From contig CBFDCR010000010.1 of assembly GCA_965603365.1 (NCBI GenBank), positions 27,425 through 91,424 on the forward strand: DNA of 64,000 bases. The letters are read 5' to 3'. This DNA is from an uncultured bacterium. GTDB lineage: Bacteria; Acidobacteriota; Aminicenantia; UBA2199. This document shows positions 15,079-24,832 of the stretch, piece after piece. Every line of letters begins with the position of its first letter. Within the stretch, counting starts at the first letter, position 1. Under the pieces are notes generated by a model. That model saw only the letters and a program-made list of their open reading frames with translations. It did not search any database and was not told the origin of the DNA. A program made the position numbers and the translations under genes.

Positions 15079-15201
15079 TTATAAGGTCTCGAAGTCTTTC
15101 GGGGAGAGACCGGTCAACTCGGCGATTTCAGCGCTGCCCTCTTCGCCGAAGAGCTTTTTAAAGCCGACATCGGTATAGGAATTAATATACCGCGCCTTCA
15201 T
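15079..15201 (-). pseudogene. internally deleted Rpn-family (PD-(D/E)XK nuclease/transposase-like) gene remnant, 40 aa
   Basis: MKARYINSYTDVGFKKLFGEEGS matches the hallmark N-terminus of Rpn-family proteins (..YINP.TD.GFKKLFGEE). It is fused directly to a short C-terminal-like tail (AEIAELTGLSPKDFETL). Confidence 0.6.
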
Positions 15202-15310
15202 CGCCGCGTTTCCATTTTTATATTCTGTTAGCAATTTTAAACGCAATCGTTCTATTTTTCAACAGCAAAACAAGCACCTTAAAATTTCTCCGTGCCAGCG
15301 GGTTGGGGGA

Positions 15311-17779
15311 TCAGGGGATGAGGTTTAATATTCTGCCTTTGACGTAGATGGCCTTGCGCAGGGGACCGTCGCCTAGGTGACGGCGGACGGCCTCGTTTTC
15401 CAGGGCGATCTTGAGGGCGGTATCCTGGTCGGCATCGGCGGGGACCTTGATGCTGGCCCGCAGTTTACCCTTGACCTGGACGCCGATCTCGATCTCCGCC
15501 TCCCTCAGGTATTGGGGATCGTGCTTCGGCCAGGTACAGTCGAAGACCAGGTTTGGGGACCCCAGCCTCTCCCACAGTTCACAGGCGAAGTGGGGGGCAA
15601 AGGGGGAGATCAGGATCAGGAAATCCCGGATGGTGTCGGTGGTGATGCCCTGCTTCTCTCCGGCAATGGTGTTGATAAACTCCATGAAGGCGGAGAGTGC
15701 GGTGTTAAACTTGAAGAGTTCCATCCGCTGGCTGACATCGTGGATGAGGCGGTGTCGGGCCCGGGTCACCGTCAGACTCTCTTCATCGCCGAAGGTATTG
15801 TCCTCTTTATGCTGGAGTGTCAAGTCCCAGGCCTTCTTGAGGAAACGGAATATACCGATAATGCCCGAATCGGACCACTCGCTGTCCAGGTCCGGCGGGC
15901 CGATGAAGAGTTCGTAGAGGCGCAGCGAATCGGTGCCGTACCGCCGGATGATGTCGTCGGGGCTGACCACGTTGCCTTTGGATTTGGACATCTTCTCGAT
16001 CTTGCCGGTCTTCTGGCTCATGCGGGTGACCATGCCGATGCAGAAGAGTTTCTTGAAGGGTTCGTCGAAGTCCACTGCCCCGATGTCGTAGAGAAACTTG
16101 ATGTAGAAGCGGGCATAGAGCAGGTGCAGGATGGCGTGCTCGATGCCGCCCACGTACTGGTCTACCGGCATCCAGGCGCTGCCGATGGTGGGATCAAACA
16201 TTCCTTTATCGTAAGCGGGGCTGATGTAGCGCAGGAAGTACCAGCAGGAACCGGCCCACTGGGGCATGGTGTTGGTCTCCCGCTTGGCCGGGCCGCCGCA
16301 TTGGGGGCATGGGACATTGACCCAGTGGTGTATGGCGGCCAGGGGCGACTCCCCCGTGCCGGTGGGTTCGTACTGTTTGACATCCGGCAGGGTTACCGGC
16401 AGATCCTCTTCCGGCACCGGCACCTCGCCGCATTTTTCACAGTGGATGATGGGAATGGGTTCGCCCCAGTAGCGCTGCCGGGAAAAGACCCAGTCCCGGA
16501 GTTTATAGTTGACCTGGAACCTGCCCAGGCCCTCCTGTTCTAAATCTTTGGTGATCTTTTTCTTGCCCTCGACGCTGTGAAGGCCGGTATATGCGCCGCT
16601 GTTGACCATGGTGCCTTCGCCGATGTAGGCCTCCAGCAGCTTGCCGTCCGCATCTTTTTGGGCCTTGGGGCTGGAGATCACCTCGATGATGTCCAGGCCA
16701 AACTTGCTGGCAAACTCGAAGTCCCGTTCGTCGTGGGCCGGAACCGCCATGATGGCGCCGGTGCCGTAGCCCATGAGCACGTAGTCGGAGATCCAGACCG
16801 GTATTTTCCGGTGGTTGACCGGGTTAACGGCAAAGGCGCCGGTAAACACGCCGGTCTTCTCCTTTTCCAGCGAGGTGCGCTGCAGGTCCGATTTCTGGCG
16901 GGACTCGGCGGTATAGGCCGCCACCCTCTCTTTTTGCCCCGGGCCGGTGATTTTGTCGACCAACTGGTGCTCGGGGGCCAGTACCATGTAGGTGGCGCCA
17001 AACAGGGTGTCCGGCCGGGTGGTAAAGACTGGCATCGGGTACTCTTTGCCATCGACTGCCGAGACGATGGTGAAGGTCACTTCCGCGCCTTCGCTGCGGC
17101 CGATCCAGTTCTTTTGCAGGATCTTGACGTTTTCCGGCCACTCCAGTTTGTCCAGGTCGTGCAGCAGCCGCTCGGCATAGTGGGTGATTTTCAACATCCA
17201 CTGCATCAGGTCTTTTTTGCTGACCACGCTGCCGCAGCGTTCGCAGCGGCCGTTGATGACCTCTTCGTTGGCGATGCCGGTCTTGCAACTGTCGCACCAG
17301 TTGATGGGCACCATCTGGCGGTAGGCCAGGCCCTTCTTGTACATCTGCACGAAGATCCACTGGGTCCAGCGGTAATAATCGGGGTCGGCGGTGCTGATCT
17401 CCCTGGTCCAGTCGATCATGCAGCCGAACTCCTTCAACTGGCGGGTGAAGTTCTCGATGTTTTTCTGGGTGTTGATGCGGGGGTGGATCTTCTTCTGGAT
17501 GGCGTCGTTTTCCGCCGGCAGGCCAAAGGCATCGAAGCCCATGGGGTGCAGCACGTTGCAGCCATGCATCTTCTTATACCGGCTCCACACATCGCTCAGC
17601 ACGTAACCGCGGGGGTGGCCGACGTGAAGGCCGCTGCCGCTGGGGTAGGGGAACATATCCAGGCAGTAGTATTTGTTGTCGGCAGCGGTGGTATCGCAGT
17701 GGTGGAGACCTTTCTCTTCCCAGCGGTCTCGCCATTTTTTCTCATAATCAACCGGTCTAAACTTCGTGGGACTCATCAC
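15311..17779 (-). CDS. leuS: leucine--tRNA ligase
   Basis: The 822-aa protein has the class I motifs HVGHPRGY (HIGH) and KMSKSKGN (KMSKS), and LeuRS-specific colinear sequence throughout. Confidence 0.97.
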   Translation of the reverse strand: MMSPTKFRPVDYEKKWRDRWEEKGLHHCDTTAADNKYYCLDMFPYPSGSGLHVGHPRGYVLSDVWSRYKKMHGCNVLHPMGFDAFGLPAENDAIQKKIHPRINTQKNIENFTRQLKEFGCMIDWTREISTADPDYYRWTQWIFVQMYKKGLAYRQMVPINWCDSCKTGIANEEVINGRCERCGSVVSKKDLMQWMLKITHYAERLLHDLDKLEWPENVKILQKNWIGRSEGAEVTFTIVSAVDGKEYPMPVFTTRPDTLFGATYMVLAPEHQLVDKITGPGQKERVAAYTAESRQKSDLQRTSLEKEKTGVFTGAFAVNPVNHRKIPVWISDYVLMGYGTGAIMAVPAHDERDFEFASKFGLDIIEVISSPKAQKDADGKLLEAYIGEGTMVNSGAYTGLHSVEGKKKITKDLEQEGLGRFQVNYKLRDWVFSRQRYWGEPIPIIHCEKCGEVPVPEEDLPVTLPDVKQYEPTGTGESPLAAIHHWVNVPCPQCGGPAKRETNTMPQWAGSCWYFLRYISPAYDKGMFDPTIGSAWMPVDQYVGGIEHAILHLLYARFYIKFLYDIGAVDFDEPFKKLFCIGMVTRMSQKTGKIEKMSKSKGNVVSPDDIIRRYGTDSLRLYELFIGPPDLDSEWSDSGIIGIFRFLKKAWDLTLQHKEDNTFGDEESLTVTRARHRLIHDVSQRMELFKFNTALSAFMEFINTIAGEKQGITTDTIRDFLILISPFAPHFACELWERLGSPNLVFDCTWPKHDPQYLREAEIEIGVQVKGKLRASIKVPADADQDTALKIALENEAVRRHLGDGPLRKAIYVKGRILNLIP

Positions 17780-17910
17780 AAACTGCTCCTTTGGCGTAAA
17801 GATTTACGATTTTAATATAGTGACTATTTTAACCGATTTCCCCAAAATAACAAGGGGGCAAATATATTTTTATCAGAAATTCAGGTCAGCCCCGATAGTT
17901 ACCATGTAAA

Positions 17911-18090
17911 TCAAACTGCCGCTGCGTTCAGGGTTTTTAGGGGGTGAATATTTTTTAGCTCTTTTTTAATAGCCCCAATTTCCTCTTCGAGGTCGTAATC
18001 GTTTTGCAGACCCAGCCAGAATTGCGGCGTGGTCTCGAAAAATCTGGCCAGCCGCAGGGCGGTATCGAACAACCCCTTGTAAGTACTGAA
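17911..18090 (-). pseudogene. HigA-family antitoxin C-terminal remnant with no start codon
   Basis: The minus-strand frame reads ...FDTALRLARFFETTPQFWLGLQNDYDLEEEIGAIKKEL...* (stop at 17913-17911). This matches the conserved HigA tail (RLA.FF....EFWLNLQ..YDL). The frame is closed by TGA just upstream and has no ATG. Confidence 0.6.
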
Positions 18091-18120
18091 GTTGATTTGA
18101 GTTCACATCTATGTTAACAT

Positions 18121-18477
18121 ATGGATATGAAACAAATCATTTTCTTCAGAACCCAGGCAGGCAAGTGTCCAATTGAAGATTTCCTCGACACCCTGTCCGA
18201 TAAACAGGCCAGGAAGGTTGCATGGGTTCTGCGGGTCATAAGAGATATCAACCCTGTTCCGCCTCAGTATTTTAAAAAATTAAAAAACACGGATGATATC
18301 TGGGAGGTTCGGGTGACTTTGGGAAATAATATATTTCGGTTCCTGGGATTTTATGAAAGAGAGGATTTTGTCGTTTTGACCAATGGATTTCAGAAAAAGA
18401 CTCAAGGGACCCCAAAAGGGGAGATTAAATTGGCCGAGGAGAGGAAAAAAGAGTATTTGAGAAGGAGGAAACAATAA
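18121..18477 (+). CDS. type II toxin, RelE/HigB-like (Gp49/DUF891-type)
   Basis: The 118-aa protein starts [18 protein letters not shown]...KVAWVLRVI and contains [16 protein letters not shown]...[15 protein letters not shown], typical of Gp49-like killer proteins. It overlaps the next gene by 1 nt. Confidence 0.75.
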   Translation: MDMKQIIFFRTQAGKCPIEDFLDTLSDKQARKVAWVLRVIRDINPVPPQYFKKLKNTDDIWEVRVTLGNNIFRFLGFYEREDFVVLTNGFQKKTQGTPKGEIKLAEERKKEYLRRRKQ

Positions 18478-18752
18478 TGGACGATCTGGAGAGATATATA
18501 GAGAAGCGTAAACAGCGCAGTGCTGAATTTGCCGAAGACTTTGAAACCGGATATCACGATTTTAAAATCGGCCTGCTGTTAAAACAGGCCCGAGAAGAGG
18601 CCGGGTTAACGCAGGAGGAGGTGGCGAAGAGACTGAGGACCAAAAAATCCGCCATCTCGCGGATAGAGAATCATGCGGAAGATATTAAATTGTCCACCTT
18701 AAAAAGATTCGCCCAGGCAGTGGGCAAGGAAATCAGCCTGCAGGTGATCTGA
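18477..18752 (+). CDS. XRE-family HTH antitoxin
   Basis: The 91-aa protein has the [34 protein letters not shown] and lies immediately downstream of the toxin. Confidence 0.8.
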   Translation: MDDLERYIEKRKQRSAEFAEDFETGYHDFKIGLLLKQAREEAGLTQEEVAKRLRTKKSAISRIENHAEDIKLSTLKRFAQAVGKEISLQVI

Positions 18753-19117
18753 CGGCGGGATAATAAAACGGGACAGGCGCGAAGTGCGCTCTTTGAGATA
18801 TCTTTGGACTGTCTGCTATCCACCACAAGAAAGTATGAGCCTGTGAAGACGGTGCATTGAAGTATGGAAATATTGTCGTAAAACCGGTATGACTGCCAGA
18901 TGTGGAGCAAATTTGGGGATAATCGAGAAGATGTTTATGGACTGATTATAGTAAAAGACCAACAAATTTTTTACATTTTTACCCACCGCCCCCAGTCGGC
19001 CAATATCCTGGAAAAAAGAAATCGTTCTTTCATTTCAAATTGGCCTCCAAAATAATAATAGTTGGACTATTTTTATTTGGCGGGTAAAAATAGTAGGGGG
19101 GGAGGGGGAAACACTTT

Positions 19118-20398
19118 TTATTTGTTAACCTTCCAGGTGTGGATGAGGCTTTTGTCGTGGTCGGCTAAGGGTTCGATTACGTAGAGGAGGCCCCGCTGCC
19201 GGTCGAAGGCGGCGGCGCCCAGGTGGTGCCACTGCTGGTCGGAGCGGAGGTGATAGAGGTGCTGGTCGATGTTCAGCGAGGCATAGGGCTGGGGTTCGTG
19301 GGGCTGTTTTAGACCCTGGGCCACTTCGGCGAGGTCGGCGGGATCGTAGAAGATGATCTGGCCCTCGAAACCGTCGCTCCACCAGCCCCGCTCCCCTGCG
19401 CACTCATCGCACGGCCCGTTACTGTCGCCGTACCAGCAGTTGCCGGTGCCCTTAGTGCCCACGAAGATGACGGCGGTCTTTTCACCGGCGGTTATCCAGG
19501 CGCCGCCGGACCACTCGTCCGAATGGTGGTAGCCCTCCATGGTGTACTGGGGGGCATCGTAGTCTTCGGTGGAGGTGTAGAGCAGCAGGGGTGTGGCCGC
19601 CAGTTTGGTTCCCGGGGGCGGGGGGCTGCCGTGGTTCCAGGGGCCGATGGTAAAGAGGCTGGGACCCTGGCCGGACCAGCCGCCGTCCCGGAACCGGCCG
19701 GTGGCCAGCCGCTTGCCGGGGGTATACGCCTGGGCCCAGGACGCGGGGATCTCGAAGAGGTAGTCGTTGACACTGTAGATGCGGTAATCTCCCACATACC
19801 AGCCGCCGGCGGTCTGGGGATTGGCGAGGTCCGGATTGCACCAGCCGTGGGACACGGTCTGCTCCTGGAAATGTTCGGCCCAGCAGAAGTAGAGTTTGCC
19901 GCCGGTCTGATTTCCCTGGGGGGGCAGGTATTCCAGCCCCACCCGGGGGATCTCCAGTGTGCGGACGTCCACCAGGTCGCCTAAGATGTCGTGGAAGGGC
20001 TGGAGGGTCCTGGCGGTATTTAGATCGGCGGGGTTTTTGCCGGGGGAGACGACCGGCAGGGGGATGGCGATTTCCGAGAACAGCATCTCCACGTCGTAGC
20101 CGGTGCCGAAGAGGGAACCCGGATAGCCGTCGTCCGGGCCATTGGCATCGCCGTCCGGGTAATAGGCCAGGCCTCCGGGTGAGCCGCTCCACTCCCAATT
20201 GGAGCCGCCTGAGCCAGCGGGCAGCCGGAAGGCCCCCACATAGGTGAGGTCTTCCGGCTGCAGTAATGTTGTGAGTGGGTTAGTGTGATAGTCATTATTA
20301 TCTTCGTTCTCGTTTCCCTTATTAGCCGAAGTCATACAGGAGGGGACAACCAACAAAATCACCGTCAGGCAGAGACACAGCCAAATCGATCTCTTCAT
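19118..20398 (-). CDS. lipoprotein of unknown function
   Basis: The signal peptide carries a Cys (LLVVPSCMTSA). The 426-aa ORF has uniform coding character, but I recognise no family motif. Confidence 0.6.
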   Translation of the reverse strand: MKRSIWLCLCLTVILLVVPSCMTSANKGNENEDNNDYHTNPLTTLLQPEDLTYVGAFRLPAGSGGSNWEWSGSPGGLAYYPDGDANGPDDGYPGSLFGTGYDVEMLFSEIAIPLPVVSPGKNPADLNTARTLQPFHDILGDLVDVRTLEIPRVGLEYLPPQGNQTGGKLYFCWAEHFQEQTVSHGWCNPDLANPQTAGGWYVGDYRIYSVNDYLFEIPASWAQAYTPGKRLATGRFRDGGWSGQGPSLFTIGPWNHGSPPPPGTKLAATPLLLYTSTEDYDAPQYTMEGYHHSDEWSGGAWITAGEKTAVIFVGTKGTGNCWYGDSNGPCDECAGERGWWSDGFEGQIIFYDPADLAEVAQGLKQPHEPQPYASLNIDQHLYHLRSDQQWHHLGAAAFDRQRGLLYVIEPLADHDKSLIHTWKVNK

Positions 20399-20472
20399 TT
20401 TTCTTTCTTATAGTATATATATACTATACTGGAACTAGAAATCTCAATAAAATTTCTATCAGAACAAAAATT

Positions 20473-21693
20473 TTAGGTTGCTTTTTGGATGGCTTGATGG
20501 ACCAGTTGGAGGTATTTTTCGTGGGTGTAGTGTTCCTGGCAGAATCGGGCGGCATTTTGGGCCACCTCTTTTCCCCTCTTCATGATAGCCGCCTTTATAC
20601 CGTTGGCGAACGGTTCGGGTTCCGGCTCGGTCAGGATGGCGATGTCGGGGCTGAGGGACTGGGTGTGGGTATAGAGGTTGGTGGCCACCACCGGTATCCC
20701 GCTCTTGAGATAGGTGTAGATCTTCAGGGGGATGTTGGTGCCCAGGATCCGGGGCGAGACCAGCACCCGGGCAGTTTGCAAATAGTAGGGAATCTCATCG
20801 GGCGGTTTTGGGCCCAGCAGCATCACCCGCTGGTCTAGCCCCTTAGCCTCGGCATAGGCCCGGACACCGTCGATCTGTTCCGGTTTGCCGCCGATTAGAA
20901 CCAGGCGAAAATCCCGGCCCAGGTAGGCCAGGCTGTCCAGCAGCAGGGGGATGCCCTGGTAGGGCTCTAAGGTGCCGGTGTACATGACGATGATGTGCTC
21001 GACCGCCTCTAACTCGGTCCGCACCGCCTGCAGCTTTCCCGGCTCCAGTTCCGTGGGCGTTTCGTCCAGGAAGTTTTCGATGAGGGTCAACTTTTTCGGA
21101 TCGGTGAACCGGCCGGCATGTTCCAGCAGGGATTTACAGATTACGATCGCCGAGCGGGCATTTTTTAACGATATTTTCTCGATTCCCTTAAAAAATCCGA
21201 CGATCAGCCGGGATCTGGTAAACTGGAAGTTCTCCATCTGCTGCACCAGCGAAGAGTGCATATCGTACAGGTGGGGAATTTTGAAGATCCTGTTGAAGAA
21301 CACCCCCATGATGTTGGCCTCCTCATGGGTGTGGATGATGTCGTATTTTTCCTTGAGGAGGCGGCCGAAGGCTTTAACAAAAAGGAAAAAATCCAGGATG
21401 ATTTTTTTAAAGGAGGGGCCGGTTTTGACGCTCCTGATTCCGGGAGGACGAAAACTTCGGAAAATCCGCAGTCCCTCGATATCTTTGTCTTCGCCGATGG
21501 GATAGGTCACCAGGTCGACCCGGTGGCCCAGGGCGGTGAGCGCCTTGATGCGGAAGTACTCGGAAAAAGGGGTGCCCCGTGGCTCAAAGAAGGGCTCAGG
21601 GGCGATCATTAAGATCTTTAAGGTTTTAATGTTTTTCAAGGTATTCAAGGTTGTTTTCGTCGAAGCCGATGGTCTCCCGGATGGAATAGACAT
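20473..21693 (-). CDS. glycosyltransferase family 4 (GT-B, group 1)
   Basis: The N-terminus KILMIAPEPFFEPRGTPF and a C-terminal GT1-type region (PRILGTNIPLKIYTYLKSGIPVVATN) are present. The start is uncertain. ATG at 21609 would remove the 68-nt overlap with the upstream GT2 gene. Confidence 0.8.
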   Translation of the reverse strand: MSIPSGRPSASTKTTLNTLKNIKTLKILMIAPEPFFEPRGTPFSEYFRIKALTALGHRVDLVTYPIGEDKDIEGLRIFRSFRPPGIRSVKTGPSFKKIILDFFLFVKAFGRLLKEKYDIIHTHEEANIMGVFFNRIFKIPHLYDMHSSLVQQMENFQFTRSRLIVGFFKGIEKISLKNARSAIVICKSLLEHAGRFTDPKKLTLIENFLDETPTELEPGKLQAVRTELEAVEHIIVMYTGTLEPYQGIPLLLDSLAYLGRDFRLVLIGGKPEQIDGVRAYAEAKGLDQRVMLLGPKPPDEIPYYLQTARVLVSPRILGTNIPLKIYTYLKSGIPVVATNLYTHTQSLSPDIAILTEPEPEPFANGIKAAIMKRGKEVAQNAARFCQEHYTHEKYLQLVHQAIQKAT

Positions 21694-22648
21694 TTTTATT
21701 CAAGCCTTCGTGGTAGATGCGGGACATCATCTCGGCAATTAAGCCTAAGGTGATCATCTGAAATCCCAAAAAGATCAACAAAACGGTAAAGAACAGCATA
21801 GGCCGGCCGGCGATGCCCTCCAACTGAACAAGCCTCAAGTAGGCCAGATAGAGTCCGAAACAGAAACCCGTCGTCATCATCAGCAAACCGGTGCCGCCGA
21901 AGATCTGCAGGGGGCGGTGGGAAAAGGAGAGCAGGTATTTGATGGAGATCAGGTCCAGCACCACCCTGAAGGTGCGGCTCAGTCCGTATTTGGATTTGCC
22001 GAATCGCCGGGGCCGGTGGTTGACCGGAATTTCGATGGACTTGATCCCGATACGGGAGGCAATGGCGGGTATATAGCGGTGCATCTCACCGTACAGCTTG
22101 AGGTTTTTGACCACTTCCCGGGTAAATCCCCTCAGGGTACAGCCGTAGTCGTGCAGCTTGACCTTGGTGATAAAGGAGATCAATTTGTTGCCGAGGAAGG
22201 AGGGGATCTTGCGGGTAAAGAATCTATCTTTTCGGTCTTTTCGCCAGCCATTGACGATATCGTAACCTTCCAGGACTGTATCCACCACCCTGGGGATGTC
22301 GGCCGGGTCGTTCTGGAGATCGCCGTCCAGGGTCACCACAATATCGCCCCGGCAGTAATCAAAGCCGGATGAGATGGCGGCGCTCTGACCGAAATTTTTC
22401 CGGAAACTGATGGCCTTGACCCGGGAATTTTTTTGATTGATTTTTTTTATTTGTTGAAGAGAGCGGTCGGTGCTGCCGTCGTTGATGAAGATGATTTCAA
22501 AATCCCGGTACAGGCCTTTTATGGCGGCGATGATTTCATCGTAAAGTGGCCCGATATTATCTTCCTCGTTGTAAACCGGAATGACGATAGATAGATAAAT
22601 TTCTTTCATATGGCTTTTTAACATATTTTGCCGCTCTTTACAATACAT
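21626..22648 (-). CDS. GT2 polyprenyl-phosphate glycosyltransferase (DPM1/ArnC/GtrB-like) with C-terminal TM helices
   Basis: Motifs are SIVIPVYNEEDNI, FINDGSTDRS and TLDGDLQNDP, with two hydrophobic C-terminal segments. Confidence 0.85.
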   Translation of the reverse strand: MYCKERQNMLKSHMKEIYLSIVIPVYNEEDNIGPLYDEIIAAIKGLYRDFEIIFINDGSTDRSLQQIKKINQKNSRVKAISFRKNFGQSAAISSGFDYCRGDIVVTLDGDLQNDPADIPRVVDTVLEGYDIVNGWRKDRKDRFFTRKIPSFLGNKLISFITKVKLHDYGCTLRGFTREVVKNLKLYGEMHRYIPAIASRIGIKSIEIPVNHRPRRFGKSKYGLSRTFRVVLDLISIKYLLSFSHRPLQIFGGTGLLMMTTGFCFGLYLAYLRLVQLEGIAGRPMLFFTVLLIFLGFQMITLGLIAEMMSRIYHEGLNKNVYSIRETIGFDENNLEYLEKH

Positions 22649-22737
22649 GTGGGCTGCGGATAAAGTTCTTTAGGCCCTTGTATTTTAGCCAAAAAAATAT
22701 TACTATGTTAGAGAAATGTGTTTTATAGTTAGGAGTC

Positions 22738-23298
22738 ATGATGCCGGATATAAGTTTTACAGTCGAAAAATTAAGGGAAATAACCAGGCAGGAAAAACCG
22801 CCAGAGGAATTTTTTTCTCCCGTCATCCAGGAGATTGCCCAATTTTATATGGAGGTATTCGACCTTGAGGATACCGAGGTGGCAATCTTTTTATGTAATG
22901 AGGAAAAGAGTATCCTCTCCTTTGCCTATCCCGAACACCTGCTGGACGCAGGCATGATCCCGGTGAGTTCCAGCGAGGCTGTGGTGTCCATGATCTTTAG
23001 AACCCAGCGGTCCTTTATTGATAACAATTTTTCCCAGCAAAAACATTTATCTATATTTGAGCAGATCAGGATCCCGGGAAAAAAATCCCTCCCCATATGG
23101 AAACTGATAGGCACCTTGGTCACCCTGATCGACGATAATATCGGGGTAATCGAACTTTCCCGCAGGGCCGCTTCCTTTATCGAAGCCGGCAGAGATTTTA
23201 CCAATGAGGACATGGAGTTTTTGAAGATGACCTTGATACAACTGGCCCCCTTTATTAAAAAGGTGATGCCCCAAAATTTCAGGGGAAAATTGACATGA
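22738..23298 (+). CDS. GAF-domain-like protein
   Basis: The 186-aa protein shows a GAF-like pattern (VAIFLCNEEKSILSFAYPEHL...IGTLVTLIDDNIGVIELSRR). Confidence 0.5.
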   Translation: MMPDISFTVEKLREITRQEKPPEEFFSPVIQEIAQFYMEVFDLEDTEVAIFLCNEEKSILSFAYPEHLLDAGMIPVSSSEAVVSMIFRTQRSFIDNNFSQQKHLSIFEQIRIPGKKSLPIWKLIGTLVTLIDDNIGVIELSRRAASFIEAGRDFTNEDMEFLKMTLIQLAPFIKKVMPQNFRGKLT

Positions 23299-23828
23299 GG
23301 GATCAATTAAAAAGGCTGCTGCTGCAAAAGTCTGTGATTACCGGCAGGGAATTTCAATTGGCCTCCGGTAAAACCAGCAATTTTTACGTGGATGCCCGGA
23401 TTACCACGCTGCACCCCGAAGGGGCCTACCTGTGCGGTAAAATCTTCCTGGACATGTTGAAGGATTTCCAGGTAGATGCCGTAGGCGGTTATTCCATCGG
23501 CGCTGACCCCATCGTCACCGCCATTGCCGTGCTCAGTTACCTAGATAAACGACCCATCCCCGCCTTTATCATCCGCAAGGAGGTCAAAGGCCACGGTACC
23601 GGCAAGGCCATCGAGGGCAATTTCCCCCGCAGTGGCCGGGTGGTCATTTTCGACGATGTGGTGACCTCCGGCGGTTCGATCTTAAAGGGTGCCCGACAGG
23701 TGGAGAGCGGGGGCGGTACGGTGGAGGCGGTGATGGCGGTAATCGATCGCCAGGAGGGCGGCAGAGAGGCCATCGAATCCGCCGGCTACCGATTCCTGTC
23801 CATCTTCACCAGGCAGGATTTGATGTAG
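23295..23828 (+). CDS. pyrE: orotate phosphoribosyltransferase
   Basis: Motifs are LASGKTSNFYVD and the PRPP loop VVIFDDVVTSGGS. The length is 177 aa. Confidence 0.9.
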   Translation: MRDQLKRLLLQKSVITGREFQLASGKTSNFYVDARITTLHPEGAYLCGKIFLDMLKDFQVDAVGGYSIGADPIVTAIAVLSYLDKRPIPAFIIRKEVKGHGTGKAIEGNFPRSGRVVIFDDVVTSGGSILKGARQVESGGGTVEAVMAVIDRQEGGREAIESAGYRFLSIFTRQDLM

Positions 23829-23842
23829 ACGATATTTCTAAA

Positions 23843-24832
23843 TTACGAATTACGGAGCTGTTGAATCGTATCGATGACCCTGGGGTGAATGGCCGGTATT
23901 GCTGCCAGGATCCCGGTGTTATGCTGCAATTTTTCCCCGGCGTTAAAATCCAGTTTTTCCCCCAGGATGTCTGTGACCAGGCCTCCGGCCTCTTCCACAA
24001 TCAGGCTGCCGGCTGCATGATCCCATATTTTTTCTTTATAGTCCGGGGTTTTGGGGTGGGGGATTCGCAGATATATCTCCGCCCGGCCCGCGGCCACCAA
24101 TCCATACTTCACCTGGCTGTCCATCTGCACCGGCTGGGCGGCTATGTGCAGTATTTTGGCGATCCGGCCCTGCATCTCCTGGTTGCTGTGGGCCGATACA
24201 TAACTCTCCACAAACCGCATCCGCAGGGGGTCGGTGATCCCGGATACCCGGGCCGGTCGGGATTGGCCGGAATGGATGTCTCTAACGGCCGCGCCCTCGC
24301 CCTGAACCGCAGATACAAGGCAGCCCGATTTTTTCCGGCTTTCGGCAGATGTCAGGTTGGGGCAGCCTAAGATTCCCAGTTTAACCGAGCCTTCCACGAT
24401 GAGTGCTAAGGCTAAGGCAAATTGTTCCCCCCGCAGAAATCCTTTGGTACCGTCGATGGGATCCAGGGTCCAGAATGCCTGGTTCGGCGACTGACAGCCC
24501 AGGTCGATGCTCTCGAACAGGTTGTCCCGATTCAAAAATGTTCGGATTTCGGCATCCCGGTCGATATAAGCGACTATTTTCTCGAGGATTTCCCGGTTTT
24601 CGGGCCTCTTTAGGGCGGCCGAGTCCTCTTCCGCCACGATGGGGAGGTGGGGAAACTCCCGGTGTAAAATACGGCAGATAATGGCCTGGGAAGCAAAATC
24701 GGCGATGGTCACCGGGCTTTTGTCTGCCTTCGTAATGGCGTCGCCGAAAGACAGTTCCTGCTGGATCAATTTTGTCATCCCCATGGCCGCCAAAACCGCC
24801 TGCTCAGCGACTTTCTTTTCCGTTTCAAACAT
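23843..24832 (-). CDS. 3'(2'),5'-bisphosphate nucleotidase / inositol monophosphatase family (HAL2/CysQ-like)
   Basis: Motifs are VAEEDS, WTLDPIDGTKGFL and WDHAAG. Confidence 0.8.
   Translation of the reverse strand: MFETEKKVAEQAVLAAMGMTKLIQQELSFGDAITKADKSPVTIADFASQAIICRILHREFPHLPIVAEEDSAALKRPENREILEKIVAYIDRDAEIRTFLNRDNLFESIDLGCQSPNQAFWTLDPIDGTKGFLRGEQFALALALIVEGSVKLGILGCPNLTSAESRKKSGCLVSAVQGEGAAVRDIHSGQSRPARVSGITDPLRMRFVESYVSAHSNQEMQGRIAKILHIAAQPVQMDSQVKYGLVAAGRAEIYLRIPHPKTPDYKEKIWDHAAGSLIVEEAGGLVTDILGEKLDFNAGEKLQHNTGILAAIPAIHPRVIDTIQQLRNS

Noticed and set aside
15377-17815. Two very long plus-strand ORFs (388 aa and 412 aa) antisense to leuS
   Set aside because: Both are fully contained within the unambiguous leuS gene on the other strand. 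Their translations are low-complexity Gly/Ala/Val/Asp-rich with no motifs. This is a typical shadow-ORF artefact of a GC-rich third-position bias.
19482-20295. Multiple 90-240 aa ORFs on both strands inside the 19118..20398 lipoprotein gene
   Set aside because: All are Arg/Pro/Gly-rich shadow ORFs of a GC-rich gene. Only the 426-aa frame has a signal peptide and normal composition.
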